Shown here one piece after another: positions 1-13,420 of a stretch of DNA of 64,000 bases. This DNA comes from Guillardia theta CCMP2712. Its lineage: Eukaryota > Protista > Cryptophyta. The notes under the pieces were generated by a model. The model ran no database searches, was not told the DNA's origin, and saw only the letters and a list, made by a program, of their open reading frames with translations. The position numbers and the translations under genes are program-made. How positions within the stretch are numbered: the first letter of the stretch is position 1; each line of letters begins with the position of its first letter. The DNA lies in assembly GCF_000315625.1 (NCBI RefSeq), contig NW_005434481.1, positions 21,106-85,105 on the forward strand. The letters are read 5' to 3'.

Positions 1-1387
1 GCGATCATTCGTCAAATCAGGAAACTACTAGCGAGGGTACTGAATGGGAGGGTAGTACATTGGAATTTGTGGGTAGGGTGGCATGAAGAAGAGCAGTGTC
101 GGAAACATGGGGGTGGATGACGAAGAGGTGGTATGGAACAGGGGGTGCACCTCCAGAAGGAGGGGTGGCCTTTGGCAGTCGGGTGGGAGGTGGGAAAATG
201 AAAGTGACAAGGGAGTAGATAGGATAAATCAATTAGAGGTCCAATTAGTAAAGCACATACCATCAGACTTCAGGATCTGCATTACATATCGGGTGTAACA
301 AGGAGGATGAATGGGGTAGGAGAAAAGTGGGTGGGTCTTTGCATCCCCTACTTTTTAAAGGGGTGATGAGGGCAACAAGTCCACGAAAGGTAGGGTAGTG
401 TATAATAAAACAAGGGGGTACTACAAGGGAAAAGTGGGGTTATGTTCCACATGAGGTAGGGTCATCAATAAGCCGGGAAAGGTAGGGTAGGGTCACAGGG
501 ATCCAATGGCGGGATGCGAGGGTGGATTGGTGGGGAAGACGAGAATGAAAACGTGAGAAACAAGGAAGCAGGCGACACGCAAGACATAGTTGAAAGAACC
601 AAGATCAACCCCACCCCAAATCTCATGGCCAAGCCTGCAAGAAAACCTGCCTTATAGTTGCTTTGATCGTAATTGCACTGGAATTCGTAAGAGCTGTGTC
701 AGAATCCACATGGTCTGAAATTCCGGGATCTATCTGACAGACATGACTACTTGAGGATTTATCGTTTTGACCATAGGCAATGAACTACAAGATGTTTTGT
801 GAGTCGTGTTAGCCAGATTGAAATTTACTAGGGAATAGTTGTAACCTGATCTATTCACAGTGCAATGACTAATATGCACGATTGTGCGGATAAAAACAGG
901 TCATGATGATACAGGCATAGAAGCGATCTTGCTGTCTAGATGGTTGACCTTGAATTCTCACACTGCCCTATTTATATACACTGCGAGACCTGAAGAAACA
1001 GTGAATTTGTGATGTGCCACTCCCATGCCGTGTTGTTGGTTGAAAGATTGTTTTTCATGGACTTGTTCATTCATATCATATTCACGCCAGTCGAAATTAA
1101 TTCTTTACACTGCAGACTGATCCTAAGATTGAATTTGGATGTTCATGATGATGGCTGCTGTAAAAGCGAGATATTGCTATCCTGCTAATTTGCGATCCTA
1201 AGGTGACCTTTCTCTTCCTTCTTCGAAACCGAGTCCCATTCGCTTTGTAACGTCTGTTTTGATTTTTCTGTCTGGCAGAAAATCAGGATTCAGATCAAGC
1301 CATATAGTAATGCTCCGACTCTTGGATTCTGTTGCTTATCCTCTCATGTAGGTGTGAACCTGGTTGCCTCCGTGTACACGCACAAGC

Positions 1388-4300
1388 ATGGAAATGCAGG
1401 GTGGTGATGGAAACACCAACAAAAACATTTCAGAAGGTCTGAGTGGTGCCATGTCGGATCCAAAGTTTCCCAAACAGGGTGGCGTTAGTGGGCTCGCCTC
1501 ACACGAGCATTTGCCTGCGCCTGCTCTTCCACCAATGTCTACAACCATGATGGGAATTTCCTTTCCAGGAAATCAGTCAAAGCCTCTTCCGCAGGGACAG
1601 AGCCAGGTCATTGCTCCTGCTAGCACGGATGTCAGCTGAGTGCTTGGCAGGCCTTGTCTAAACCCCTTCAGTCAACCCTCCCGGGACTCCAGGCCTCCAA
1701 CATTGCCAGTCCTTTGCCTGGTGTGAAGCCTGTGATGCACTCCGGCGGACTTGCTGCTGGAGGAAATTTGCCGCAAACTTCTTCACAGCCGCTCCCTGGA
1801 TCCTTGTTGCTGGGGTCCCATGCCCTTCCTCAGGCGTCCATAGGAACTTCTTTGCTTGCCAGTCAAAGTGGTCCCCTTCAGACACCCCTCCAGCCTCTTG
1901 CGCAAGTGGTTGACTTATTGCATACGATTCTCTGCATGGAAGGTGATGGTTTGCTCGCAGGTTCAAACTGCAAACTCTGGACTGCAGACAGCGGCGCTTC
2001 AGTCTCAAGGGCTCTCGACGCTAAAGCCAATTACCACAACACAAACAAATACAAGTGCTACAAGTGCGCTGAATCTATCAATGCCACAACCTTCTGTGCA
2101 ATTGCCAGCACAGACTTCACAGAGCTTGGTGATTGTTATATGCATGATTGGTCAAGATTGAGTCCTAACCTCTTCTTTGAAGAATTCAACGATTTCCATG
2201 TCTGCAGGACCAAATTTTCATGTCCGGGTAAATTTTGCGTGCGTATTGGTTTGGCTTGTTGACGCAGTGGTGTAGGTGAGCCAAGGCAATTCGAAATCAC
2301 AGAACGAGCAGAAGAAACAGGTTTTGATTTTGTCTTGGTCTCCCTTGTAATAACAATGCAAAAGTTGAAGGAGACTGATGCTCTCGACTATCTCAATCAA
2401 GTGAAGAAGCAGTTTGGGGACAATCCAGAAATCTACAACAAATTTCTTGACATCATGAAAGACTTCAAATCTCATGCTATTGATACCCAGCGGGTGATAG
2501 AGAGGGTTTCGAAGTTGTTTCATGGCCATCAGGTTGGCTTGCTACATCTTGTTTTAATCCTAGTCCAGTGAATGATTCACCAGAGTCTCATTTTGGGCTT
2601 CAATACATTCCTTCCTGCAGGGTATAAGATCGAAGTACGACCGGCTCCTGCACAGGTTCTTAGATATTCATACTTCAGGTTGATGACGATTTACAGCAGC
2701 AACCTCCTGTAGTGCAGCCTCCAAAGAAACTTGCGACACCAGCAGCTCAGAATAAGAAAGCTGCGCCTGAATTCGATCATGCTTATTCTTATGTCTCCAA
2801 GATCAAAGCAAGATTTGCCAATCAGCCCAATGTCTATCAGCAATTCCTCCAGATTTTGCAACGATACAAGGATGAAGGGTATGCAATCGCACAGGTATGA
2901 CTTGTATCGATCGCTCGCTTGTGTTGAGCGCATGATGCCAGGTCAAAGAGCAAGTTGCAGAGTTATTCGCTGGGCACGAAGATTTGCTGGGAGAATTTGG
3001 AAACTTTCTTCCGGATCCTTCTGCTAACAAACCATCCGGCGTCTCCGGTGCAGCCATGCCTTCGAAAGCAATGAAGAAACCGAAGGTGAATGGACTTCCT
3101 CGGCATGGTCTTGTGCTTGACTATGCCCTCGTCCCAGCCTTCTGCAACCCAGCCAGGGCAGCTGTCTGCCTCACATCCAACTCAGCAGGTGTCACGAGCA
3201 GTGCTTCTGACCGTGATAGGCAGTCGGTGAAACCTGTGATTGGCAGAGCGCGAACATGATGGGGCAATTTACAGCCGGAGTATCAACCTTGGCAAACCAG
3301 TCTTCTGCCTCCAACAACCAAGCTCAAGGGCAAAATGTGTGATACGTTCGCATGAAACTTGATGTTCTGACGCTTTTGCTTCAAGGATTCCTCGCAATCT
3401 GCTACCAATTCATCCACGGTAAAATCACCAATATGCTGGTCTGCTGCTGAAAATTTTGTCAGGCAAAGTCATCGAACAAGAAGCCCGCTGAGAAAAAGCC
3501 AGAGCCAATGCCGGAAAATACGAAGGAGGCTGCTTTGCTTGAAAAAATCAAGAAGAAGTTGTCCACGCAGGTGCAACTCGTATCTTTCTATCGTTTTTCT
3601 CAAGCTTAGGATGATGCAGGCTCCGAATTGCTACACTGACTTTCTCAAGTGTTTGAGTTTGTACGTTCAAGACGTTCTGACGGCGAATGAGCTGATCACA
3701 CTGCTGGAAGATCTGATGGGAGGTGTGCTAACTTTCATGCCACCTGTCGTACGGCTCTCATCCTGATCTTTTCGTTGCAGGCCCTGGTTTTCGTGAGTGC
3801 TTTGAGGAGCTCAAGCATTACTTGGGGATTCGAGATGGGCCTAACAACAAGTACAAGACGAACGTACCGATCAGCGAGATTGATTTCAGCAACTGTGCTT
3901 CCATGGGCACAAGCTACAAATGTCTGCCGGCCGATTATCCATTGCCGACTTGTGCGGGACGTACGGAGCTTTGCGATGAGGTATGTCAAGTGCTGCTCCT
4001 TTTGCCCATTTGCCTGATGCCGAAGTCTTCTTGCTATCAATCTTACGTGTCAAATGTGAACCGCCTAGGTGCTAAACGATGAATGGGTCTCCGTGCCTTC
4101 TGGTTCAGAAGATTATAGCTTTACACATTACAGAAAGAATCAGTATGAGGTTGTTGGTGCTGGAAGTATGGTGCCGTGAACGTCTGACGTGCGTCTAGGA
4201 GTCGCTCTTCAAATGCGAGGACGATAGGTTCGAGCTCGACATGCTTATCGAGACCAACGCGTCAGCCATCAGGGCGATGGAGCCTCTGCTGGAGGTCACC

Positions 4301-7300
4301 TCGCTCCCTGAAATGGAATGTGAAGTGACTAGAGCGTCCAGGAGTGCGACAAGGACAGAAGTCGATCAGCTAAGATCAACATTTCATCGCTAAAGGTGAA
4401 CACCAAATCCTTAACATTGTCAGCCCGTTTAAGAAATGCTCTAGGCCATTCACTACAAGGCGATCGAGCGAGTTTACGGCGACCATGGGCAAGAAATTAC
4501 TGAGCATGTCAAACGCGCTCCCCGTGTGGCTCTCAGTGTCGTCCTTCCACGTTTGAAACAGAAGGATGAAGAATGGAGGAAAGCCAGGAGGTGGACCCGA
4601 TTCATTTCGCTGTCTGCTCCGAGTTGCTCTGAAACTATTGCTAGGGACATGAACCGCATCTGGCGAGAGGTCTACAAGGACAACTATTATAAATCTTTGG
4701 ACCATAGGAGGTGGGACACTTGCATGTATACATTGCCCCAATGACCTTCTTTCCAGTTTCTACTTCAAACAAATTGACAAGAAGGGATTGAGCGCGAAGA
4801 GCTTCTTGGGAGAGATCAAGCAGAGTCAGGAAGTTGGTTCAAGCAAGGAGGAGTCTCCTTACCTTGTTTTCTCCCTTGGAAGGAAAGACATTCATCAAGA
4901 TATCCTCGAAGTTGTCGGCAAGAGTGCGGCAAACAAGTTGATGGAAGGAGCCGAGGCGCGAGTTCGCAAATTCTTCCACATCTTCCTTCACGTGTTCCTG
5001 GGCCTGAAGAAGCGATGCATTGACGACGTTCGGGCTCGCGCGAGGATGACGACGAAGAAGGAAAGAAAGTCGGATCAAGACAAAGACAAGGATTTCCTGA
5101 ACCTCAGGAATCGTAGTCTTTCCAAAGAAGATGAAGAAGCGAAAGACGAAGACGAAGAGATGAAGGAAATGAATGACGACGAGAAAGAATCGACAGAAAC
5201 CAAAACGGTTGGTGACGATACGGATGAAGGCGAAGAAGTTGCCAAGACAAACAGGGAGCAGGTTGAGAAAGTCAAAGATGCTGAGGATGAAGATGAAGAA
5301 GAAGAAACGGAGGAGGAGTCAGAAGATGAGGACCATGACATCTGGCAGTCAGTTCACAGGTGCACACAGATATGAAAGTTCCTGTAAGCTAACAGCATCT
5401 CGTTAGTCTTTCGACAGAGTTTCTGCCTCTCAAGACTTATGCTGAAGAAAAAGTGAGGTATACCAGGTTGTGACATTACGATTAAGTGCAATCAACAGAA
5501 TGGACAAGTTGATGACATCATGTTCTCTTCATATCCCAAGGCTCAAAGGTTGTCTTTGTTGTTGGATGAATTTATACCCACCCGTTGCAACTCATATGCG
5601 AACTCTACTTCTCTCTTGTGTTCTGCGTCATCAAAATCATGATGATGCTTTTTACCTGGCTTCTTCTGACACGAATGAAACAACAGCGGAGTTCACGTAT
5701 TCTACGGAAATCTGTCCTGTTATGTATTCTTTCGCTTGTATCAAAAACTTTACGAGGTCTGCCTTGAGACCTGAACGTGATCCATCAATTTTGAATGGCT
5801 TGCAGCGCTTGCTGAAAGCAAAAAATCTCGCCAACGAGATGTCCAAGGTGATTCTTTTGGTGGTTACAGTCGAGGTTTGACTCTCAACAGCGCGAGGAGG
5901 AGGTAGAGATCAACAGGGATCAAGAGCCAAAATCAGGAAGCCAAACAGCCGAAACCGGTAAGAGACTCGCTGACCCCGTGCCTCGCCGGCTCCTCACAGA
6001 TCATCAGATGCACCATGTGCTGAGCAGGAGGGCAGCAAGAGCGCTGAAGCGATCTACAAGAAGTTCATGAATATGCTGATCCAGCTGGTGGAGGAAGCCA
6101 TCGATACCTCAAAGGCATGCGGAGAAATGAGAAATGAGGCACGGTAACTTGCTGTGTATCAGTTCGAAGATGATTGCCGGATGCTCCTTGGAACTAATTC
6201 CTATGAGCTTTACACGCTTGAGAAGGTAACACTCCTATCCCCTCTTGTTGTCTACTCGAGCGTCTTCGTGCTTCGTGTCGCTCTCTCATCCTCCCTCAGG
6301 TCGTGGAGAAGCTTCTCGGTCAGGTCCAGTCCATCACCTCGGAGTCGAGCACCCAGACAGGCGCGCGGCACCTTGCTCTCATGGAGTACGAGTGTCTCCG
6401 CACTGACGCTGAGAACTGGGAGGTGCTCGAATCTCGTGCTCCCGCTCGGCCCAGCTGACATCTCAATCTCAGGACATCAGCCCGCTCGACTACCTCGGAA
6501 ACGCGTCCTGTCTGAGCGGAGAAGAGGTGAAAGAGACAAGCAGTGAGAGGGGAGAGCTGACGAGGAAGCAGGGCTGCTTCGCTTTCTTTTACAGCACCAA
6601 GGATGAGAAACTAACAATCGCGCTGCTAGACGTGAAGGAAGGCGGCAAAGCTGACACCCGGTAACTTACAGCAGTTGTTGAGCGTCGAGGGCTGATTTTG
6701 TCATGATAGCAACGAAAGGAAACGAGAGGACTGGATTGACGATCTCTTGTCTACAATAGCTGATTCAGATGCTGTCGACAAGCGTCCGTTCCTGACCCGA
6801 AGCCTGAATAAGTGTCTCGACAAGTACGGGAAAGAAGAGGAGAAGTTTGTCCGCATTGGGTGACTCCACCTTTGCTTCTCGCTCCCGTATCTGACCCCCC
6901 ACAAGCTGCATGGAGATCAAGTGCAGCGACAGCCGCGTCTCGTTCGGGCCGGTAGGGCTGGGAGCATGCGAGCGACTCGTTGACTTGGTGCAGATGACCA
7001 ACGAGTGTCAGTACCGACGAAAATTCTCCAGGGACGCCTCCTACTACTCGACCTCGAGGTCGATCGTGATGGGTCAAGGCTGTCGACTGATCCCCCTCCT
7101 TCCCCTGCAGGCGAGCCAAGAAAGTTGCGGCATGGCAGGAAGAGCGTCTGAAGAAGATCCCTGAAGAAGCTGCCGCTGAGGCTGCGCGACTCGCCGAGCT
7201 CGAGGTGAGCAAAACCTTTTAGCTGCGGCTGTTCTGATGACTTGGTCAGGCGGCTCAGAGAGCAGAAGAGGAGGAGGAGGTGCGATGGTTCGTAAGGTAA

Positions 7301-8085
7301 AGGAGTGCTGGACTGATGCGTTTGCAGGATGATGAGAACGAGGAAGATGAGGAGCAGGAGACAGGAGAGAGGGAGGGTGAGTCGTCGTCGCCCGTGCGTT
7401 TATCTCATCACGTGAAATGGAGCAGATGAAGAAGGCGAAGGCGAAGGCGATGCAGAAAACGAAGCTGAGGCCGAGGAAGAGGGAGGCCTTGATCAGCTCG
7501 TGAAGGCTGGACAGCATGAGAGCGCCGTGAGCAAGGCAGCAAGTGAAGCACAGGAAGAGGTAGCGGCTACCATGATGCATACGTCGTTTGACTGCAACAG
7601 CAGGAAAAGTCGGAGCCCATGGAGGACGTGACGTCTGAGAAGAACGACAAGGAGGAGGCAGGAGAGGAGGCCAAACCTGCCAGCAAGAGACCCAGCAAGA
7701 CGAAGAGAGCGGAGGAGAGCAAGGAAAGTAAAGAGTCGAAGCGCGCAAAGAGGGAGACAAAGGAAGCCAGCAACGATGAAGATCCTGCGAATGCTCAAGA
7801 GGTGTTGGAGGCGGGGAGGAAGTAGCTCAGGCTCATTGAGTCCTGCAGGAGTCAAAGGAGGAGGAGGAGGAGAAGGAGGATGCAGTCAAGGTACGGGATG
7901 ACTCGAGGACCGCGTGCTCCTTGACTTTAATTTGCAGAAGGACAAGGCAGGCAAAGACGACAGCTCGGAGTCCAAGTCAAGCAAAGAGGTAAAGCTCTTT
8001 GCTCCTCGTCCGCTGTCTGATCTGCCTTCAGAGCAAGGAAGCCAGCGCTGCTCGAGCCTCGCGGAGCAGCAGAAGACGAAGATGA
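1388..8085 (+). CDS. SIN3: SIN3 paired amphipathic helix histone-deacetylase corepressor (about 30 short introns; start approximate)
   Basis: Spliced translation gives PAH1 ([32 protein letters not shown]...[10 protein letters not shown]) and PAH2 ([15 protein letters not shown]...[11 protein letters not shown]). It also gives the HDAC-interacting domain ([62 protein letters not shown]; [13 protein letters not shown]; NYYKSLDHR) and the C-terminal [21 protein letters not shown]. Stop TGA at 8083-8085. Confidence 0.93.
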
Positions 8086-8563
8086 AGATTTTGCATACCT
8101 CGAGAGGTTTCTCCGCCTTCCTCTTGCCTTTCCAAGACACAATGACCGTAAGATTTTCGCATGGTTATCAACAACATCAGCTCTATCCCCATCATCTTCA
8201 TAATATCTTGAAGAGAAGCTGTATCTGAAATGTCTTCAAGCTTTGATAATTTATGAATACATTTATACTGACTCATCTTCTTTTCCTGTCCGTTCCCGTT
8301 CCTTCTGCTTCAACTTTCCTTTTCTGCTGTTGCCGTCCGTCGCCGTGTCGCTTTGTCTCCGTTTCTCTCTTCCAACAGATTCTGCTTAGTTTGCCGATTT
8401 AACCAATTCCAAGGTTTGTTGGGATGAGATTGGCATGGCAATCATCTCTATGCCGAATATTCGAATTCATCAACGTTTGGTGTTGGTCTTCAGACAGGAG
8501 AAGAAACATTGGAGCGGATACCATCTTCATTTTAACAGCAATTTATTATTTCTATTTCACATC

Positions 8564-10141
8564 TTACAACCAGAACGGATTTTCTACTTGCATCCATCCA
8601 TCATCAAAGCGCTGCTCCTTTCTGGCAGCATCCTCAAAGAAGAAGTCCTGCCCTCTCCTCATCCAATCATTCGACACATCTAGTTTCACATCCCCCATCA
8701 CATTCGCTTCAGCATCAGCGGGCCTTGAAGCACAAGTCACGGGCTCTGGCGATCCCGGGGAGTGCGGGCTCGAGGTCTTGCTGGCATCATCCTTGGCTTT
8801 CTTGGCTGCATACTTCCTATGAATCTTGCGCACGTAGGCATCGTCGTAGTGGCCGGGCATGCCGACCTCGGGGTTCTTCTTGTAGGGCCACCGGCTGACT
8901 CCCAACTTGCGACAAGCCTTCTTCATAGCCGTCGAAGAGATCCCGAGACGCTTAGCAGCCTCAGTGAGCGAAGTGTCGGAGTACATGTCGAGGATCTCCA
9001 AGGTAATGCAGACAGGCCCGGTCGAGTCCTTCATCTGCTGCCCGGCTTTCCTTCTTGGGATCACTGTAGAGACGGCACCATTGCTGGCAGACTCCATCGA
9101 GTTGAAGTTGAGAGACATTCCGTGCATGTCTGGAACCAAATTCTCCATGCCCATCATCATGGAGTTAGAAGGGAGCAAATTGTCTGTGTAGGGAACAACA
9201 TTGGGAGCAAACGAAAACATCTGTGGCTTGCTCTCGAACATCTCCTGGGGAGCAGGCGGCATTGCAGTATTCATGTGCACCAAATCACCGGTATTACGCA
9301 TGTAAGGCATTTCTGCCGGCACTTCTTGCGGTTGCGACCATTCACATTTATCGTAGGCAGGATTGAAGATTGCCATCATGTGCGTAATAACCCCCATTCC
9401 ATTGACAACCGGATAAACCTGAACGTCGCAGAAGACCTCAGTACAGTCGATCGTTGAGGTAAACATGCTGCCGAACTGGCTTGTTCCATATTGAGCTTCA
9501 TTAAACAGGCTGGCCCACACGGAAAGATCTGTCCTTGGTCCTTGAATCATTCTCAACGTGCGCCCTCTGATCTGATGGTCGGAGATACCATAGAGGTATG
9601 TAAATGCTGAACTGACGTACTCAACGTGAAACGGTTGAGAGATGCCCAAAACAACCTTAGCCATCCCGTCGTCAGCCATGGCGGCCTTGCTGTATACCAC
9701 GTCTGCAGGTTTCATGGTGAGCGAGCAAGCGACAGGCTCGTTGTTCTCCAGGATTGGCTTGGAGTTGACAGTGAGCACAAGATAGTTTCCGGAGCTGGTG
9801 TACATAGTAATCGCAGCCTTGGACTCCTTCCCCATCAATGCGGCTTGAATGAGCATGCTCACTTTTCGTACGTCTGTAGCAGGCCCCTGAATCAGCTTCA
9901 AGCTTCTTCCCGCGACTTCCTCTCGTGAAAGCTTGAAGAGATCGAGCCACTCCTGACTAACGCGAAAGATCTTATGAGGTGCTGTCAGGCCAACAACCAG
10001 TGTAGAGACTCCAGTTTCGAAGTCGATGGCACCGTTGTAGTTCTCCATAGTTTCAATTGCAGCTGGCTGGAACGGTCTCTCAGCTGAATACGCTGAGTTT
10101 TCCCAGCCAAAGTTTACGCTCTGAGGAAAAATTGTTTCCAT
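8564..10141 (-). CDS. PAS-PAS-RWP-RK transcription factor, 525 aa, intronless
   Basis: RWP-RK domain ITLEILDMYSDTSLTEAAKRLGISSTAMKKACRKLGVSRWPYKK. Two N-terminal PAS repeats carry the LOV-like motifs GRSLKLIQGPATD and GRTLRMIQGPRTD. Confidence 0.9.
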   Translation of the reverse strand: METIFPQSVNFGWENSAYSAERPFQPAAIETMENYNGAIDFETGVSTLVVGLTAPHKIFRVSQEWLDLFKLSREEVAGRSLKLIQGPATDVRKVSMLIQAALMGKESKAAITMYTSSGNYLVLTVNSKPILENNEPVACSLTMKPADVVYSKAAMADDGMAKVVLGISQPFHVEYVSSAFTYLYGISDHQIRGRTLRMIQGPRTDLSVWASLFNEAQYGTSQFGSMFTSTIDCTEVFCDVQVYPVVNGMGVITHMMAIFNPAYDKCEWSQPQEVPAEMPYMRNTGDLVHMNTAMPPAPQEMFESKPQMFSFAPNVVPYTDNLLPSNSMMMGMENLVPDMHGMSLNFNSMESASNGAVSTVIPRRKAGQQMKDSTGPVCITLEILDMYSDTSLTEAAKRLGISSTAMKKACRKLGVSRWPYKKNPEVGMPGHYDDAYVRKIHRKYAAKKAKDDASKTSSPHSPGSPEPVTCASRPADAEANVMGDVKLDVSNDWMRRGQDFFFEDAARKEQRFDDGWMQVENPFWL

Positions 10142-12589
10142 GGTGCAAGAATAGTCGAGGACAAAGCTGCCTGAAAAGGCGAGAGCAAAAAAAATCGAAT
10201 CAAAATGAAATCAGCGACACGGATAGAGCTGAAGACAAGGGTGACAGTGGAGGAATAGGTTGAATGAAATGTGTTCGAGAAGAGAAGAGGGGAGAGGGGG
10301 GGAGGGGAAGCGTAGGAGAAGGGCGTGTAGGGGGTTGAGCAGCGAAGGTGATGGAGGAAACGGGGAATGGAAGGGATTGTAAGCACGGGGAGAGGAAGGA
10401 GACAACAGGAAGGGAAAGGGGGGGGTAGACCACCCCACCCTCTTCGTATTTTCAACTACCAAGTACCCTTCGCTCTCCTGAACAGATATGGGTAGTGCGT
10501 TTTAGGATGGGGTAGGTCACATCAGCAGAAAGAAGCTCAACTCAAGGTAGGTGGTGAAACAGTTTCTACTACCCCATCATTGCATAGCAATTTTCCATTA
10601 AAATATATGGTGGGTTTGTGAAGAGACCATCGGTTTAGGGGTGGGGGTATCTCAACCACAGCGCACGAGTCCGTGACAGGGGGTGGTCTAACCATGGGGG
10701 TTCCATGGCTTGAAATTGGAGGATGGGGTTGGTGTGACATGGTGTGAGATTTTCACTGGGGTGAGGGTAGTTCTAAATGGCCTTTGAAGGGTGGGTACCT
10801 TAGTGTCAGGGACACCACCAGGTACTTTTGATGTATTATAGATGGGTCCTGGTAATGATGCCGCTCGCTATCGAGACCGGTACCCCTCCTGGATAGAACT
10901 GGCGCTCAATGCTACCCCACCCTAACCCCAAGGACCCCCTCATTCGAAGGAATGCACTTTCTGGGCTAGAAGCAAGTAGACCGCTTTTTCTCCTCAACCA
11001 CCCACCCCACATGATGCCTTTACTTCGATCGGAAGACCCCAAAATCGTGAGATTTGTGACATAGATTACGAGATTTTCATTTCTTTTGTCCTCAGTGTTT
11101 GAATATTTCATAAGATCTTTGAAAAATGACATTTGAGCCGGATGCCTTGATGAAATTGAGTTGGTAGGGTAGTGTACTGTGATTGTAGCTGACGATGGGG
11201 GACAATGGGGTTGATATATAACTACTTATAAACGACCAAAAACTCTGAATTTGCATCGCTTCGGTTATTATAAGAGCTTTATAGCAATCACGAAAAACAT
11301 GACTTATAACACGAATTTGTAGGAGGAGGCTGCCATGAGATACCAATCGTTTGGAATCTTAAAGGTCGAGATCTTTGCTGACCCAAAAACCACCCCTCCT
11401 TACTATGCGCCCCCACCTACCCACCCCCTCTTCCAATTCCGCCCAAGATTTTGGCCAGATCTTAGCTAAATCTTGAGGAACAAGGGGAAATGTGGTAAAC
11501 TAGAGCACTCTTGTAACGAGGCTTGCATGACAAGGATAAGGGTCGCTGTTTGTGTGATTCTCTACAAGTAGAAATACAAGAGCCGGGCACCCGATTGATT
11601 TCACCTGTGAGCGTGCTTAAGCAGTATCCGGGTAAAGTTTGGTCCCAATTGAAGTAGTCAGGGTCGGAAAGGGAAACACATAAGCACTGGGGTCATATAT
11701 GGGGTCGTTGGAGACACGTTTTTTTTTAATCAAGATCTCAAACGCAGTTGTTTCAAAGGAGAGCTGACATCATGAATTGGAATATGGTACACACAAGATC
11801 TGATCTCCGGTCAGCAGATCTCGTAGAGTGGCAAGATCCGAAACGATATGTTTCTGGGTACAGTCAGGAGTCTTCGTTTCAATGTGATTCCAAAGAATCG
11901 AAATTCGCATCTCTTGAATGTGTGTAAAACACGTTCAAGGAGACGGACAAGCGTCGGTCACGTTACTAGTCACGATCCTTATTTGGTGCAAAGGAAATCT
12001 GATCTCCTCCAATCTCTATCTAACAGTACCCCCCCACCTCCGATAATCGAATCATGTAGTAGGGGGAAGGGGGTGGTCTTCAAAAATCTGATCCGTCCTT
12101 TCGCAGATGGAAACCTCCAGAAGTGTCGAGACTGGGTCGGAAGAACACACCGATCAGATATATCTGCTGACAGGTCTTTATGTGAGAGAGTCTAAAGGTT
12201 TGCATGTTTAAAAAAAAAGTTTATGGATATGGTACTAACCAACGGACAGGACTTTGAGTAAAGTAGGACCCCGGGCGCCGGCCGGTGGCCCGGGGCCGCC
12301 CCCGGGCCACTGCAGAGCAAGCCTCGGTACCTCGTACTGATCTTTAACTTAACTTTCAGTAAACCCAGGTGCACATCAGTTGCCAGTATGGAGACAGCGT
12401 CGGTACTGTGAAGCAAGAGCAACAGCTTCGAGACGACCATGATCTTGCTTATCTTCTCGCATTGACAGAGTGTTCGACACCATGACTCATCTCAATACAA
12501 CTCTCTCTCAAACTTGCATGAAATTATTCAGCCAAAGTACTCGCATTCAAGGCGAACTTCGTCGTCACTTCGATCTCCAAGACGACCTG

Positions 12590-13420
12590 TTAATCTACAT
12601 TGACTGTATTTCTCGTCGCAGGATCTGCATTCCGTAAGCTGCTGGTAAACAAGTTTGAAACAAATTCGGAGATCTTGAGCGGTGCGATGGACTTGGGCTG
12701 GAGCTTGGCTGTTGTAGTCTGATCTTGGAGAGTAATGTTGGTTGTTGTCAGCCAAGGCTGATCGCTGACTTGGAATGAGTGAGGGCGACGACGCTGGTCG
12801 AGCCTGCTGCTCGGTGTATGTAGCGGCCTGAGCGATGAGATCCATGGCGTCGCGAGCGGCTTGCATGTGAACTTCGATGGCTTCTCTGGACTCGAGTACG
12901 AAGTTGAAGAGAAGTTCTCGCCAAGCGCAAGCCTTGAAGCGTGGTTGTGGACTGCAGTACCTCGTGAAGTGGAAAGATTATTCCAACGCCGCTTCAGAGC
13001 AATCGTGGCTGCCAGCAAAGACTCCCCGTCAACGCTCTTGAATTCATCTGATGATAGCCTCGGATGCTTTCGATCAAGCAGCGCAGGAAGACGCGGCGTC
13101 AGCTTTTTGGTTACGGGGTTCTCTTCCTGACTTGGTCTGCAATTGATTCATCAACGGCTTGCGCTTGCACATTACTGCTCTGCCAACGGTGGTGAAATCA
13201 ATGGGTAACGCTCAGCGGCTTCAGGACTCGGCCAACTTCCCTTGACTTTCGCCTGCTTAAGGAGGACGCAGTGAAGATCGATAACGAAATGAACACCAAG
13301 GACCATGGTAGTACTGGCGGCCGACAATCGTCAGGTCTACTCCATGCAGGTCGGTAATCGTTCATTCTCCTCCCCTCCAACGCACACGAGGAGGCTGCTT
13401 TCAACCGGTTGTACTCCATG
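12590..13420 (-). CDS. hypothetical protein (2-3 short introns, no recognised domain)
   Basis: ORFs 13198-13467 and 12590-13018 can be joined through plausible GT-AG introns of about 30-50 nt. No homology recognised. Confidence 0.3.

Noticed and set aside
1-540. Telomeric repeat array
   Set aside because: G-rich words are present but there is no tandem TTAGGG/TTTAGGG periodicity.
8762-9457. Antisense ORFs over the RWP-RK gene (likewise over CDC48, TOG and EF-hand genes)
   Set aside because: Shadow ORFs caused by codon bias, with no motifs.
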